A stretch of 64,000 nt of DNA, from IMG/VR virus record IMGVR_UViG_3300024581_002882. The stretch is one strand, 5' to 3'. Source of the DNA: a virus. A program made the position numbers and the translations under genes. The notes under the pieces were generated by a model, which was given only the letters and a program-made list of their open reading frames with translations, did no database searches and had not been told where the DNA came from. The number at the start of each line of letters is the position of its first letter. Within the stretch, counting starts at the first letter, position 1. Below are positions 35,600 through 45,800 of the stretch, piece by piece.

Positions 35600-36384
35600 A
35601 CCTAAGAGTAACAACGAGATATGAAGAACTTTCGTTGGCTGTTTACGTTCAAACCCTTACTCCTTGTAAAATAAGAATTAAGGTTTTTGATGCGGAACAA
35701 CCAAAAACTGTTTTTACAGACAGGTATAAAACCGTAAAAGGAAGCGAAGTTTTTTATGTTCGTATGCCTTTAAGTTCAAATCAGGTTATTGTAAGCGTTT
35801 ACAATGAAGCTGTAGGCAACAGACGTAAAGGAGAGGACAGTAGCTTTACCATAACACAGGTAAAGAAATTGCCTTTAGAAAAAAGAACAGATGTGGGGGA
35901 TATTCGTGATTATACGGTTTCCTCTTTTGTGGATTTTGCACAAAGGTTTTCTTTTAACGCATCTTATTTAGATGCTGATAAAACCTATCAGAGTTCAAGT
36001 GGTGAATTTCTTATTGAGTATTTACCATACATAACAAGTTCTAAAACGGGTCAAAAATTAAAAACACCTGCCCGTATTTCTAAGGTAAATGGTAGGATTC
36101 AGGTTTCAAAAGAAGCCTTTGATAACTATACTGTGCCTATGCGTATGGCTATTTTGCTACATGAGTTTTCTCATTTTTATCTAAATGATAATATGGATGA
36201 CGAAGTAGAGGCTGACCTTAATGGGCTTTTAATTTATTTAGGGTTGGGTTATCCTCGAATTGAGGGTTATCAAGCGTTTTTAGAAGTGTTTCAGGACACA
36301 CCTTCGCAACAAAATAAAAACCGTTATGATATAATTAATAAGTTCATAAGGGATTTTGAAAAGAATAAAATGGTAATGAACTAA
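35596..36384 (+). CDS. zincin metalloprotease (HExxH plus downstream E) with N-terminal beta domain
   Basis: AILLHEFSHF...DEVEADLNG, an M48/gluzincin-like arrangement. Confidence 0.8.
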   Translation: MNLRVTTRYEELSLAVYVQTLTPCKIRIKVFDAEQPKTVFTDRYKTVKGSEVFYVRMPLSSNQVIVSVYNEAVGNRRKGEDSSFTITQVKKLPLEKRTDVGDIRDYTVSSFVDFAQRFSFNASYLDADKTYQSSSGEFLIEYLPYITSSKTGQKLKTPARISKVNGRIQVSKEAFDNYTVPMRMAILLHEFSHFYLNDNMDDEVEADLNGLLIYLGLGYPRIEGYQAFLEVFQDTPSQQNKNRYDIINKFIRDFEKNKMVMN

Positions 36385-36395
36385 AAATTTTAATT

Positions 36396-36524
36396 ATGGC
36401 AAATGCATATATGACAGCACTAAACAAAGCCCGTAAAAGCGGTGCTTCTTCTTTTAAGTATAACGGAAAAACTTATAAAAGGGCGAAAACTAAAACAGGT
36501 ATGGTAATCTATAAAGCAGGATAA
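36396..36524 (+). CDS. 42-aa basic protein (possible DNA-binding core protein)
   Basis: MANAYMTALNKARKSGASSFKYNGKTYKRAKTKTGMVIYKAG; read by eye. Confidence 0.6.
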   Translation: MANAYMTALNKARKSGASSFKYNGKTYKRAKTKTGMVIYKAG

Positions 36525-36525
36525 A

Positions 36526-36966
36526 ATGAAAAAGAACAAAATATTTATTGGTTTAGCTGTAGGTATAGGTGTTTACTTACTTTGGAATCTCAAAAGAAAA
36601 AAATCATCAGGTGTTGTTGAACAGGTTAAAGAAACTGTAAAACAAACAGTACAGCCAAGCAGTAAACCAAGCAGTAAAATGGTATATAGAGGTATTGTGA
36701 AACATTCTGCCCCCGCAGGTGTAAACACTTATCTTTATGGGTTTCAATCATTAATGTCTATAACTCGTGGAAAAGCAGAATATAGCGATATTTTTGCAAC
36801 AAGTAGTAGATTAAAAGCAACACAAACTGATAATTTCTTTTTAAGAGATTCAAAAGGAAATGATTACACAATTATAGGTGTAAATAATTCAGGTGTTTAT
36901 ATAAAAGGAAATAAAAAAGCAGATTTCCCAATTGGTTCACAATTTGAAATTAGAAAAATAGCATAA
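36526..36966 (+). CDS. N-terminally anchored membrane protein
   Basis: IFIGLAVGIGVYLLWNLKRKK. Confidence 0.7.
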   Translation: MKKNKIFIGLAVGIGVYLLWNLKRKKSSGVVEQVKETVKQTVQPSSKPSSKMVYRGIVKHSAPAGVNTYLYGFQSLMSITRGKAEYSDIFATSSRLKATQTDNFFLRDSKGNDYTIIGVNNSGVYIKGNKKADFPIGSQFEIRKIA

Positions 36967-36967
36967 A

Positions 36968-37990
36968 ATGAAAAATAAAGCCTTAATATATGGTGCTTTA
37001 GGTATTGTGGGTTACTTCGGTTATAAAAAATATACTGAAAAAACACCTATCAAAGGCACTTCAGATAAAACGACTGATGATTTGAAGGAACGTATTAAAA
37101 TGTTAGAAAATACGGCAAGAGAATTAGACAGTAAATCGAAATCAGAACTTTCTAAACTTAAAAAAGAAATTGAAAGACGAGAAGCAGAAAAACAAAAACG
37201 TCTTGCAGAAATAGAAAGATTAAAAGGTTCTAAAACTTCTGATGATATTTTAAAACAACAAAATGCTGATTTGTTGCGTAAGATTGCTCAACTTGAAAAG
37301 GAAATGGGCTTGAGAGATGCAGAAAACAAAAGGATTCTATCAGACAAAGAAAAAGAATTAAGAGACCAAATTGCAAAATTAAAAGCTACAATAACAACTA
37401 AAGAAGATTTGATTGAATCTATAAATGCTAAAAGAGAAGCAAAGGTTGAAATGGAAAGATTAAGAACTCTTGAAGATTTCATCGGAAATGAACAAGATGT
37501 TATAGATAGACTAACCAAAACACTTGATGGAATTGACACTTCAACTAAATCAGGTCAAGAAAGAGCAAAAGTATATATTGACCTTATCAAAAAAACAGAA
37601 GATAGAAAAGTCAAGAAAGCCACAGATACACGAACTATACTTGAATTAGGTTTGGGTAGAACGGGGTATCAACAATTATTGCCAAAAGCAAATTGGACTT
37701 TAAATGATTTGTTAGACGATTCTAAACACATTCAAGTTTTTGATAGATTTTCAAAATATGGAGAAAGGGCTTATTATGAGTTTTATCCCGTTGATGCAAA
37801 TGTAGAATTAGCTAAGAAAGGTAATTGGACTTCTATGCTTGTACATGAAGATGTCGTAACTAAAAAATTAAGCCCACCTAAAATTGTAAATGTTTGGAAT
37901 GACACAAAAGAAAAAGCTATTCTTTCAACTGTAGCAAGAGACCCAAGACGTTATGAGGTAAGGATATTTGGTAAAACTTTAGATAAATAA
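36968..37990 (+). CDS. N-terminally anchored long coiled-coil protein
   Basis: TM then about 180 aa of heptads. Confidence 0.7.
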   Translation: MKNKALIYGALGIVGYFGYKKYTEKTPIKGTSDKTTDDLKERIKMLENTARELDSKSKSELSKLKKEIERREAEKQKRLAEIERLKGSKTSDDILKQQNADLLRKIAQLEKEMGLRDAENKRILSDKEKELRDQIAKLKATITTKEDLIESINAKREAKVEMERLRTLEDFIGNEQDVIDRLTKTLDGIDTSTKSGQERAKVYIDLIKKTEDRKVKKATDTRTILELGLGRTGYQQLLPKANWTLNDLLDDSKHIQVFDRFSKYGERAYYEFYPVDANVELAKKGNWTSMLVHEDVVTKKLSPPKIVNVWNDTKEKAILSTVARDPRRYEVRIFGKTLDK

Positions 37991-37996
37991 AGCGGT

Positions 37997-38566
37997 ATGA
38001 AAAATAAAAAATTAATTATTGGGTTAGGATTGGGAGTAGGTGCTTACCTACTTTGGAAGCTTAATAGAAAGAAATCAATAGATGCTGTTGAAGAAGTAAA
38101 AGAAACAGTTGAATCCATCTCTGAAACAGGTGAAACAAAAACTTATTTCAAATCAAAAGATGGTAGAGTTTTGCAATGTGCAAATGGCACAATTGGTGGT
38201 ACAAAAGAAAATCCAACAGATAGCTGTTATCAAACAGGTGGTGTTAAGCCATCAAAAACCACATTATCAAACGAACAAGTTGTAGCCCTATTTAAAAGAG
38301 CAAATAACTATTACAGGGGTGGTGCAAGACCTACTCAAGCACTTATTGACAGAATAAATAAGGATAGAATGGAAGCCTTAAAAGAGGTTGAGCAGAGAGG
38401 TCTTATGTCAGGTTTTAAGTCTTGGAAAGCGGGTGAAGATGCTAAAAATAAATATAATTTATATCCATCAGCACCATCAAAATCTACTGCTGTTTTAATA
38501 AAAAACAAAGAATTATCAACTATGCCTTATGGGAAACCCATAATGTTAGGAATAAATAGAATTTAA
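37997..38566 (+). CDS. N-terminally anchored membrane protein (anchor paralogous to 36526)
   Basis: LIIGLGLGVGAYLLWKLNRKKS..VE.VKETV. Confidence 0.7.
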   Translation: MKNKKLIIGLGLGVGAYLLWKLNRKKSIDAVEEVKETVESISETGETKTYFKSKDGRVLQCANGTIGGTKENPTDSCYQTGGVKPSKTTLSNEQVVALFKRANNYYRGGARPTQALIDRINKDRMEALKEVEQRGLMSGFKSWKAGEDAKNKYNLYPSAPSKSTAVLIKNKELSTMPYGKPIMLGINRI

Positions 38567-38576
38567 TTTTAAAAAC

Positions 38577-38825
38577 ATGAAAAAAGATGCAGTATTAACG
38601 CTGTTGGCAGGACTAACGATTTTCTTGCTATTTAAACAGTACGGAAAAAAGAAGCCATGTGGTTGTAAAGATAAAGCTAAAGTCGAACCCGAAAGCGAAG
38701 ATGACAAGGCTTGTGAAGAAGCGGTGGATATGATTATCAATGAAAGAACAAAAACAATGAGAATTACATCTGAAGCGTTAGAAAAAATGAGAGCAGAAGA
38801 ATTAGAAAAATGTAAAAACGCTTAA
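38577..38825 (+). CDS. N-terminally anchored membrane protein
   Basis: TM then KKKPCGC. Confidence 0.65.
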   Translation: MKKDAVLTLLAGLTIFLLFKQYGKKKPCGCKDKAKVEPESEDDKACEEAVDMIINERTKTMRITSEALEKMRAEELEKCKNA

Positions 38826-38827
38826 AT

Positions 38828-39262
38828 ATGTCTTTTGAAAGCATAAGAAATTTACCGAATAGCAATAGTTCTGATGTTGCGTGGTTGAATTGGTACAAAG
38901 ACCTACGTTCTACGTTAGGTAAAAAAAACGCCAATCAGCTATTTATACAACATTGGGAAGCTGAAGATGGGTTTGGTTCTGATGCCAACACAACATATTT
39001 AAGGGAAGAATTAGATAAATACAATCTAAAAATTAGTGGTGGAACTTTAGGTTCTGTAGCTGATTTTGGAAATGATGTTAGTAGTTTTTTTGGAGATTTA
39101 TTTACAGCAGGGAAATGGCTAACAATAGGGATGGGAACTGTTGTTGTTGTTGCGGTAGGCGGTTTGTTAATACAAATAGCATTTAATAAAAAAGTTCGTG
39201 GAGAAGCAATTAGAGTTGGGGGTGCGGTAGCGACAAGAGGTGCAACTGAAATTGGAAAATAA
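38828..39262 (+). CDS. membrane protein with near-C-terminal TM
   Basis: WLTIGMGTVVVVAVGGLLIQI. Confidence 0.65.
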   Translation: MSFESIRNLPNSNSSDVAWLNWYKDLRSTLGKKNANQLFIQHWEAEDGFGSDANTTYLREELDKYNLKISGGTLGSVADFGNDVSSFFGDLFTAGKWLTIGMGTVVVVAVGGLLIQIAFNKKVRGEAIRVGGAVATRGATEIGK

Positions 39263-39268
39263 ACAGAT

Positions 39269-39754
39269 ATGACAAGACAACAAAAAATATTGGTTTATAG
39301 TTTTCTAAGCTTAACGGGGGTTTCTTATTTTGTTTATAGGGGTGTAAGAAGAAGGCAATCTTTTAATGAGTTGATGGCAATAATATCAAAATCAAGTGGT
39401 GGCACATCTTCTAAAACAAAACTTCGTGATGCGTTAGAGGGTAAGTTAGAGGAAAAAATATCTATACAAAACCCTAATAAAAATTATTTCAGACTTTCTG
39501 ATGGGCTTGTTCAAAGCTATTCTTCAGAACTTAATGATGCCATGAGTGGGTGGGGTACTGATGAAGATAAAATAGAATCTGTTTTATCAGGCTTAAAAGA
39601 TAAAGTTCAGGTAAGCCAAATTGCATCATATTACAAATCTGTTTATAACAAGACACTTTATACTCATTTGCTAAGTGAACTTTCAACAACAGATTTTAAT
39701 AATATTGTAGTTCAACAAATAACAAAAATACCCGATGTAAGATGGAAAGCATAA
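39269..39754 (+). CDS. membrane-anchored protein with an annexin repeat
   Basis: LNDAMSGWGTDEDKIESVL...IASYYKSVYNKTLYTHLLSELS. Confidence 0.75.
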   Translation: MTRQQKILVYSFLSLTGVSYFVYRGVRRRQSFNELMAIISKSSGGTSSKTKLRDALEGKLEEKISIQNPNKNYFRLSDGLVQSYSSELNDAMSGWGTDEDKIESVLSGLKDKVQVSQIASYYKSVYNKTLYTHLLSELSTTDFNNIVVQQITKIPDVRWKA

Positions 39755-40242
39755 TTAAAAAAAATAAATCACTTGCATATACTTTAGGTGCTGTTGCCTT
39801 AGTTTCAGTTTCCTATATGGTATATAAGCTAATCAAGGGTAAAAAACAACTTGGCTTTGCTCAAGGTAGTTTTGAACAAAATATTCAATCCGATGATACT
39901 GAAAATACAGGAGTAGATGTTGTAAAAGGCGGTTCTAAACTTGTTTCAAACGATTCTTACCCATTAAAAAAAGGTATGCAAGGACAAAAAGTTTATGTAA
40001 TGCAATCTGCAATGAAACACTTGGGTAGTTCAGTAAATCCTTCAGGTAGATTTGATTCTAACACCTATAATGCACTTCAGGATGGCGGATATTTTACATA
40101 TTTTGGGTTAAATTGGGCTTGTTCTGTAGGGGGCTGTTCCATGACTTATAACGAAATAAACAATAGGATATTACAACCTGCGAAAGAGAAAGGTTGGAAT
40201 GTAAATAAAGCATGGACAGAAGCAAAAAAACTTTATAGTTAA
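39742..40242 (+). CDS. membrane-anchored protein with a peptidoglycan-binding-like domain
   Basis: YPLKKGMQGQKVYVMQSAM..LG...GRFDSNTYNAL. Confidence 0.6.
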   Translation: MESIIKKNKSLAYTLGAVALVSVSYMVYKLIKGKKQLGFAQGSFEQNIQSDDTENTGVDVVKGGSKLVSNDSYPLKKGMQGQKVYVMQSAMKHLGSSVNPSGRFDSNTYNALQDGGYFTYFGLNWACSVGGCSMTYNEINNRILQPAKEKGWNVNKAWTEAKKLYS

Positions 40243-40656
40243 ATGGGTTACTATGATTACATAAAGGGTAAAAACAAGGCTACACAGGAGTTAAGGACAA
40301 TCTCCCCAAAATATAAGCCTACTAAAGCCTGTGAAACAGCAAGAAAATACAAAGAAGAACTTGCTGTAATTGTTCCTGATTTATCTAAAAAGGCAATAAA
40401 TAATGATTATTGGAGTGGCTACTTAGAGGTTTATAAAAAAAGAAAAGGAGATGTAGATGCTTATTACAATTTTGGAGACTGTGATAATTATTTTGACAGA
40501 AAAAAATTAAAAGAAGTTGGAAAAATTGTAGATGCTGAATCTAAAAAATATGAAGAAATAGTTTCTGCACAAACAAGTAAACAAAATAAAACTGTTCTAT
40601 TTGTTGGAACAGCAATAATGTTAGTCGGATTGGTAATTATTCTTAAAAAGAAATGA
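40243..40656 (+). CDS. C-terminally anchored membrane protein
   Basis: Cys pair, TM plus KKK. Confidence 0.65.
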   Translation: MGYYDYIKGKNKATQELRTISPKYKPTKACETARKYKEELAVIVPDLSKKAINNDYWSGYLEVYKKRKGDVDAYYNFGDCDNYFDRKKLKEVGKIVDAESKKYEEIVSAQTSKQNKTVLFVGTAIMLVGLVIILKKK

Positions 40657-41084
40657 GTTTTTTTAAAGACATAAGGGATGAATTTGAGTATAAGAAACAG
40701 GCTCAAAGAAACGAATCTGTGTTAGCTTCGGCAACAGTTAGAACTGACAGCGTTACCAACAGGTGTATTGATATAGACAGAAAAATAAAAGACTATGATG
40801 TTCTTATTGCTGATTTAAGTAAAAGAAACATAAAAAGAAATATTTACGGAGATTTAATAAGGCAATACTCCGATAAAAGAAAAGCCTTACAGCTTGATTT
40901 TATTAATCTTAAATGCGTTGATAAAATTGAGCAAAAAAAACTATTAGAAAGTGCTGATGTTTTAGGAACAGGTTTTTCTCAATACGAGCAAGACGTTCTT
41001 GAAAAATCAAGAAAAGAACAAAATAAACTTTACTTCATTGGGGGTGGGGCTTTATTATTAGGATTATACCTTATTGTAAAATGA
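40653..41084 (+). CDS. C-terminally anchored membrane protein
   Basis: Cys pair, helical, C-terminal TM. Confidence 0.65.
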   Translation: MSFFKDIRDEFEYKKQAQRNESVLASATVRTDSVTNRCIDIDRKIKDYDVLIADLSKRNIKRNIYGDLIRQYSDKRKALQLDFINLKCVDKIEQKKLLESADVLGTGFSQYEQDVLEKSRKEQNKLYFIGGGALLLGLYLIVK

Positions 41085-41290
41085 AAGAAAGTTATAGATA
41101 TAGAGGAATTTACGATGAAGGTGAATTAGGAAGAATAAACGATGTGCTTAAAACACAGAGGGAATTATTCCTTGAAGAAGAAGAAAAACAAGATACAACA
41201 AAAGACAAAGTTGGTAAATACTTTTTAGTTTTAGTTGGTCTTGGAACAATTATACTATTAACAAAATTAGTTTCAAAATGGAAGAAGTAA
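41081..41290 (+). CDS. C-terminally anchored membrane protein
   Basis: 69 aa, TM. Confidence 0.6.
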   Translation: MKESYRYRGIYDEGELGRINDVLKTQRELFLEEEEKQDTTKDKVGKYFLVLVGLGTIILLTKLVSKWKK

Positions 41291-41586
41291 ATAACATTTT
41301 AAATCCACCACAAAATAACGATTGGGCTGAAAACGACAATTTTGCACAAAAAACTGTTGCTAAAGGCGAGGGTATTGTAAAAGAAGTTATTGATGGTGCT
41401 AAAGAAACAGTAAATCTTGCTGTTGAAGAAGTAAAAACTATTGCACCTGATGTTGCTGATGTATTTGAGGAATCTTCAGAACGTCTTAATGCAAAACCAA
41501 GAGTTGTAGATGCTATACCAAACAATTTATTAATTTTTGGTGTTTTAGCTTTAACGGGGTATGTAATAGTTAAGAAAGTTTTATAG
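41278..41586 (+). CDS. C-terminally anchored membrane protein
   Basis: acidic body, TM plus KKVL. Confidence 0.65.
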   Translation: MEEVNNILNPPQNNDWAENDNFAQKTVAKGEGIVKEVIDGAKETVNLAVEEVKTIAPDVADVFEESSERLNAKPRVVDAIPNNLLIFGVLALTGYVIVKKVL

Positions 41587-42149
41587 TGAAAAAACTCTTA
41601 GTGCTTGGTGGTTTAGCTTCAATAGGCTATGCTTTTTATTATTATTTTAAAAAGCAAGTTTCCCTTGTAATGAATTTTGATTACAGGATAAAAGATGCTA
41701 AAATTCTAAATCTAACAAAAGATGGTGCTAAATTAGATGTGGCTGTTCAGGTTACAAATAAATCATCTTTAGGCGTTGATATATTAGGATATGACTTAAC
41801 ATTCAAGTACAAGGGCGTTGAACTTGGTAAAACACAAAGCAATCAATCATTTAGGGTAAATCCTGATAGTAGTTTTATTGTACAAGCTTTGGGTGATGTA
41901 AGTTTTAAAAACGCAAAAACTGTTTTACTTCCATTTGTAAAAGATATAATTAACAGGAAACCAATACAAATAGAGCTTCAAGGGTTTTTAAATGTTGAGT
42001 TTTCAGGATTAAGCCGAAAGGTTGAGTTCAATAATGAGCAAATAACTTATTCAAAGGATTTGTTAGTAGATGTAGGTCTTGATGATGAATTTGAAAAAGG
42101 TAAAACAAAAATAGGCGATATTTTAGGTAAAATTGGAATAAAAATTTAA
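41586..42149 (+). CDS. LEA_2/WHy-domain protein with N-terminal TM
   Basis: LDVAVQVTNKSSLGVDILGYDLTFKYKGVELGK...VNPDSSFIV. Confidence 0.75.
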   Translation: MKKLLVLGGLASIGYAFYYYFKKQVSLVMNFDYRIKDAKILNLTKDGAKLDVAVQVTNKSSLGVDILGYDLTFKYKGVELGKTQSNQSFRVNPDSSFIVQALGDVSFKNAKTVLLPFVKDIINRKPIQIELQGFLNVEFSGLSRKVEFNNEQITYSKDLLVDVGLDDEFEKGKTKIGDILGKIGIKI

Positions 42150-42173
42150 TTTTACAAAAGAAACTTTTTACAC

Positions 42174-42569
42174 ATGGTACAACAGATAACAAGTAAAATT
42201 ATGCTTGGTGGAATATGTAAATATGCAAATTTATATCAAGCAGAAGAAAAAGAAGTTCAAATCAGGGTTACAAAAGACCAAAATAGCGGTCTAAATTATG
42301 AAATTTGTCAAGATTGGCAACCAAAAGAAAAGGTTACTTTCAAAGACATTTTGAATAAAAAAATTGACATTCTTGGCTATGAGCAATTAGCAACGCCCTT
42401 TTTAATTAAGTCAATAGACTTATACCAAAAGGAATTTAGCTTAGAAGATGGTAAAACGAGTATATTTCTCTTTAACAGAAACAACAAAGTTGGTTTAGCT
42501 GTTTTTGAAGAAAAAAAGAATTTAAAATTAATAACATTGTCAAAACATTTTGAGCAATTAGGTTTATAA
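42174..42569 (+). CDS. hypothetical protein
   Basis: 131-aa ORF. Confidence 0.6.
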   Translation: MVQQITSKIMLGGICKYANLYQAEEKEVQIRVTKDQNSGLNYEICQDWQPKEKVTFKDILNKKIDILGYEQLATPFLIKSIDLYQKEFSLEDGKTSIFLFNRNNKVGLAVFEEKKNLKLITLSKHFEQLGL

Positions 42570-42570
42570 C

Positions 42571-42849
42571 ATGGCGACTACAAGACGAAAAACAGTAAAT
42601 GTAAGCAATGATGACATAAATTGGATTAAAGACCAATTACTTGAACAGCACACCGTTTTGATGAAGCTGAATCAAACCATCATTGGAGACAAGGAATACG
42701 GTCAAAAAGGTCTTGTAGAGCAGGTAAATGAACACAGGCATTATATCCGTAAAGACCAAAATTTAAAAGCTAAATTTGTTGGTGGTACTACTGTTGTTGG
42801 TGTTGTTTGGACTTTATTGTTAAAATTTTGGGATAAAATATTTGCATAA
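42571..42849 (+). CDS. coiled-coil plus C-terminal TM protein (XhlA/holin-like architecture)
   Basis: helical body, GQKGLVEQV, C-terminal hydrophobic helix. Confidence 0.45.
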   Translation: MATTRRKTVNVSNDDINWIKDQLLEQHTVLMKLNQTIIGDKEYGQKGLVEQVNEHRHYIRKDQNLKAKFVGGTTVVGVVWTLLLKFWDKIFA

Positions 42850-42852
42850 AAA

Positions 42853-45800
42853 ATGGCTATACAGACAAGTTGTTCAAATGATATTTGTGTTGTTACAGGT
42901 AATGAATTAAAATTATTCATTGATTCCTGTACAAATCTTATTTCAGTAAAAGATTCTAATGGTAATGTTCAAACCTTAGATAATTTTATTGTAGATGAAG
43001 GAATTACAAGGGTAATTGCAGGAGAGTGCTTAACAGGTGGTGGTACATCCTCAACTGTTACTCTTAACCATGCTTGTACTTCAACTCTTTCGGGAACTTA
43101 TGGACAGCCACTTTTACAAGATGGATGTTATATAAAGTCTATTACTGTTGATGAGTTTGGTCATCTAACAGAAGTTACAACGGATAACTTTAATACACAA
43201 TATTTGGGCATAAATGCCTGTGCTGTTGATTCAGCACTTTTAAATAATCAGGCAGGTTCATATTATTTAGACTTTTGTAATTTCACAAATGTTCCTGACT
43301 TAGGAGATATTTGTGGGGTTTGTGCAGGTGATGGATTAGGTGGCGGTGGAGACACAGGTGTAGTAACATTGTGTAACACAGATAAGGGTAGTTCTCAAAA
43401 TATAATAAAAAATATTTGTGGAAACTTAGGTGGATATACTTCTTCGACAAATAATGATTTATTTTGCATTAAAGGTGTTGGTACTGTAAGCACCTCTATT
43501 ACAGGAAATACACTTACTATTTCATCATCAAATACTGTAAACGATTCTTTAATTACTTTGTCAACGAGTAGTGGTGTTGGCGGTGGTGGTTCTTTTACCC
43601 TAAATCAAACAGGTAGTTGCACAATCTCATTTTCTAACACAGACAAGGGGTCTGACCAAAGTATATTTAAAAACTTTTGTGTAAGCGGAGAGGGTACTGT
43701 TACAGCAAACAATAATAATGATACGCTAAGTTTTATAAAGGGTACGGGGATTGATTTAACAACAAATCCAACGAACCAAACGATTACGATTTCATCTACA
43801 ATTTCATCCGCAAATAACTGTCAAATACAGATAACAGGTGGAGATGGTTTAAGCGGAAGTGCCACTTTTACTTTAAATCAAAATAGTAATGGCTCTTTTA
43901 CGATAACAAACTCTGATAAAGGCTCAAGTCAAACTTTTTTCCAAAGTATTGAAGTAATAGGCTCTTGCACAGTAACAGCAGACCAAAATAACGACACGCT
44001 TTGTTTGTCAGCAGGTACAGGAATCACCCTTACTTCTGACAACACCCAAGACTTAATTACAATTGGAACAACAGCAACTTCTTGTACAGGAACGGTAACA
44101 AGTGTTGGTGCAACTACAGGTACAACAGGAACTGATTTTAATATTTCAGGAAGCCCTGTTACAACAAACGGAACAATAACTTTTAATTTACCTTCTGCAA
44201 GTGCAACCAATAGAGGTGCTTTAACAAGTGCAGATTGGTCAACTTTTAACAGTAAAACTTCATGTGTAGGAACAGTAACGAGTGTAGGTGTAACAACAGG
44301 AGAAACGGGAACAGATGTAAGTGTTTCAGGAAGCCCAATTACAACAAGCGGTGTAATAACACTAAACATACCGATTGCAAGTGCAACAAACACAGGAAAG
44401 CTATCCTCGACTGATTGGTCAGACTTTAACAATAAAGTAGATGACGTAACAGCAGGTACAGGTATTTCTGTAAGCGGTACAGATACTATTGAGGTTACAA
44501 ATACAGACTTAGGTTCTTCGCAATGTATATTTAAAAACATTGCTGTTTCGGGGCAAAACACTATTGTCGCTGATACAAATAATGATACTTTGACTTTCGC
44601 AGGTTCAGGTATAACAATTGAAACTGATGACACCACAGACACAGTTACTTTTACAGTTACAGATGCAGGTGGAACAGTAACAAGCGTTGGATTAGATACG
44701 GGTACAACAGGAACAGATATAAATGTTTCAGGAAGCCCCGTAACAACAAGTGGTAACATAACATTAAATATACCCGATGCAAGTGCTTCTTCAAGAGGTG
44801 CTTTAACGAGTGCAGACTTCAACACATTTAGTAATAAAACTTCATGTGTAGGAACTGTATTTAGTGTAGGGGCTACAGGTGGCGAAGGAATTGTTGTAAC
44901 AAATAGCCCAATTACCACAAGTGGTAGCTTTGGAATTTCAGTTTGTTTAAATGAATTAACAACATCTATAGACAATGGAGATGGATGTTTCTTTGCTGTT
45001 GTAGATGCTTCGGGTGTTCAAAACAAACTAACTAAATCCAATATAAATATATCAGGATTTAACAACGATGAAAACTTTACAACTTGTACGGGTACTGTTT
45101 CAAGTGTTGCGGTAAGCGGTGGAACAGGAATATCTGTTTCAGGAAGCCCAATTACAGGTTCAGGAACAATAACAGTTACTAATTCTGATAGGGGTTCTTC
45201 GCAATGTATATTTAAAAATGTGGCTGTTTCAGGTCAAACTACAATAGTTGCCGATAGTAACAACGACACCCTTACACTTGCTAATGGAAGCAATATTTCT
45301 ATTACAACCAACGCAACAAGTGATACGGTAACAATTTCTACTTCAGCTACAACCTGTACGGGTACAATAACAGGTGTAACAGCAGGAACAGGACTTTCAG
45401 GTGGTGGAACATCGGGAAGTGTAACACTAACTAATGCCGACAAAGGTTCAGACCAAAATATATTTAAAACTATATGTGTTTCGGGTCAAAATGATATTGT
45501 TGCAGATAGTAATAATGACATATTAACATTTGTTGCGGGTACAGGAATTACAATTACAACAGATGATACAACTGATACTATAACAATAAATTCTCCTGAT
45601 GCAGGTGGAACGGTAACAGAGGTTTGTGCAACTACAGGTACAACGGGAACAGACTTTAACGTTTCAGGAAGCCCTATAACTACAAGTGGCACACTAACTT
45701 TTAATTTACCTACAGCAAGTGCTACAAACACAGGTAAACTTTCATCAACAGATTGGAGTACATTTAATTCAAAAACAGATTGCACAGGTACTGTTACAAG

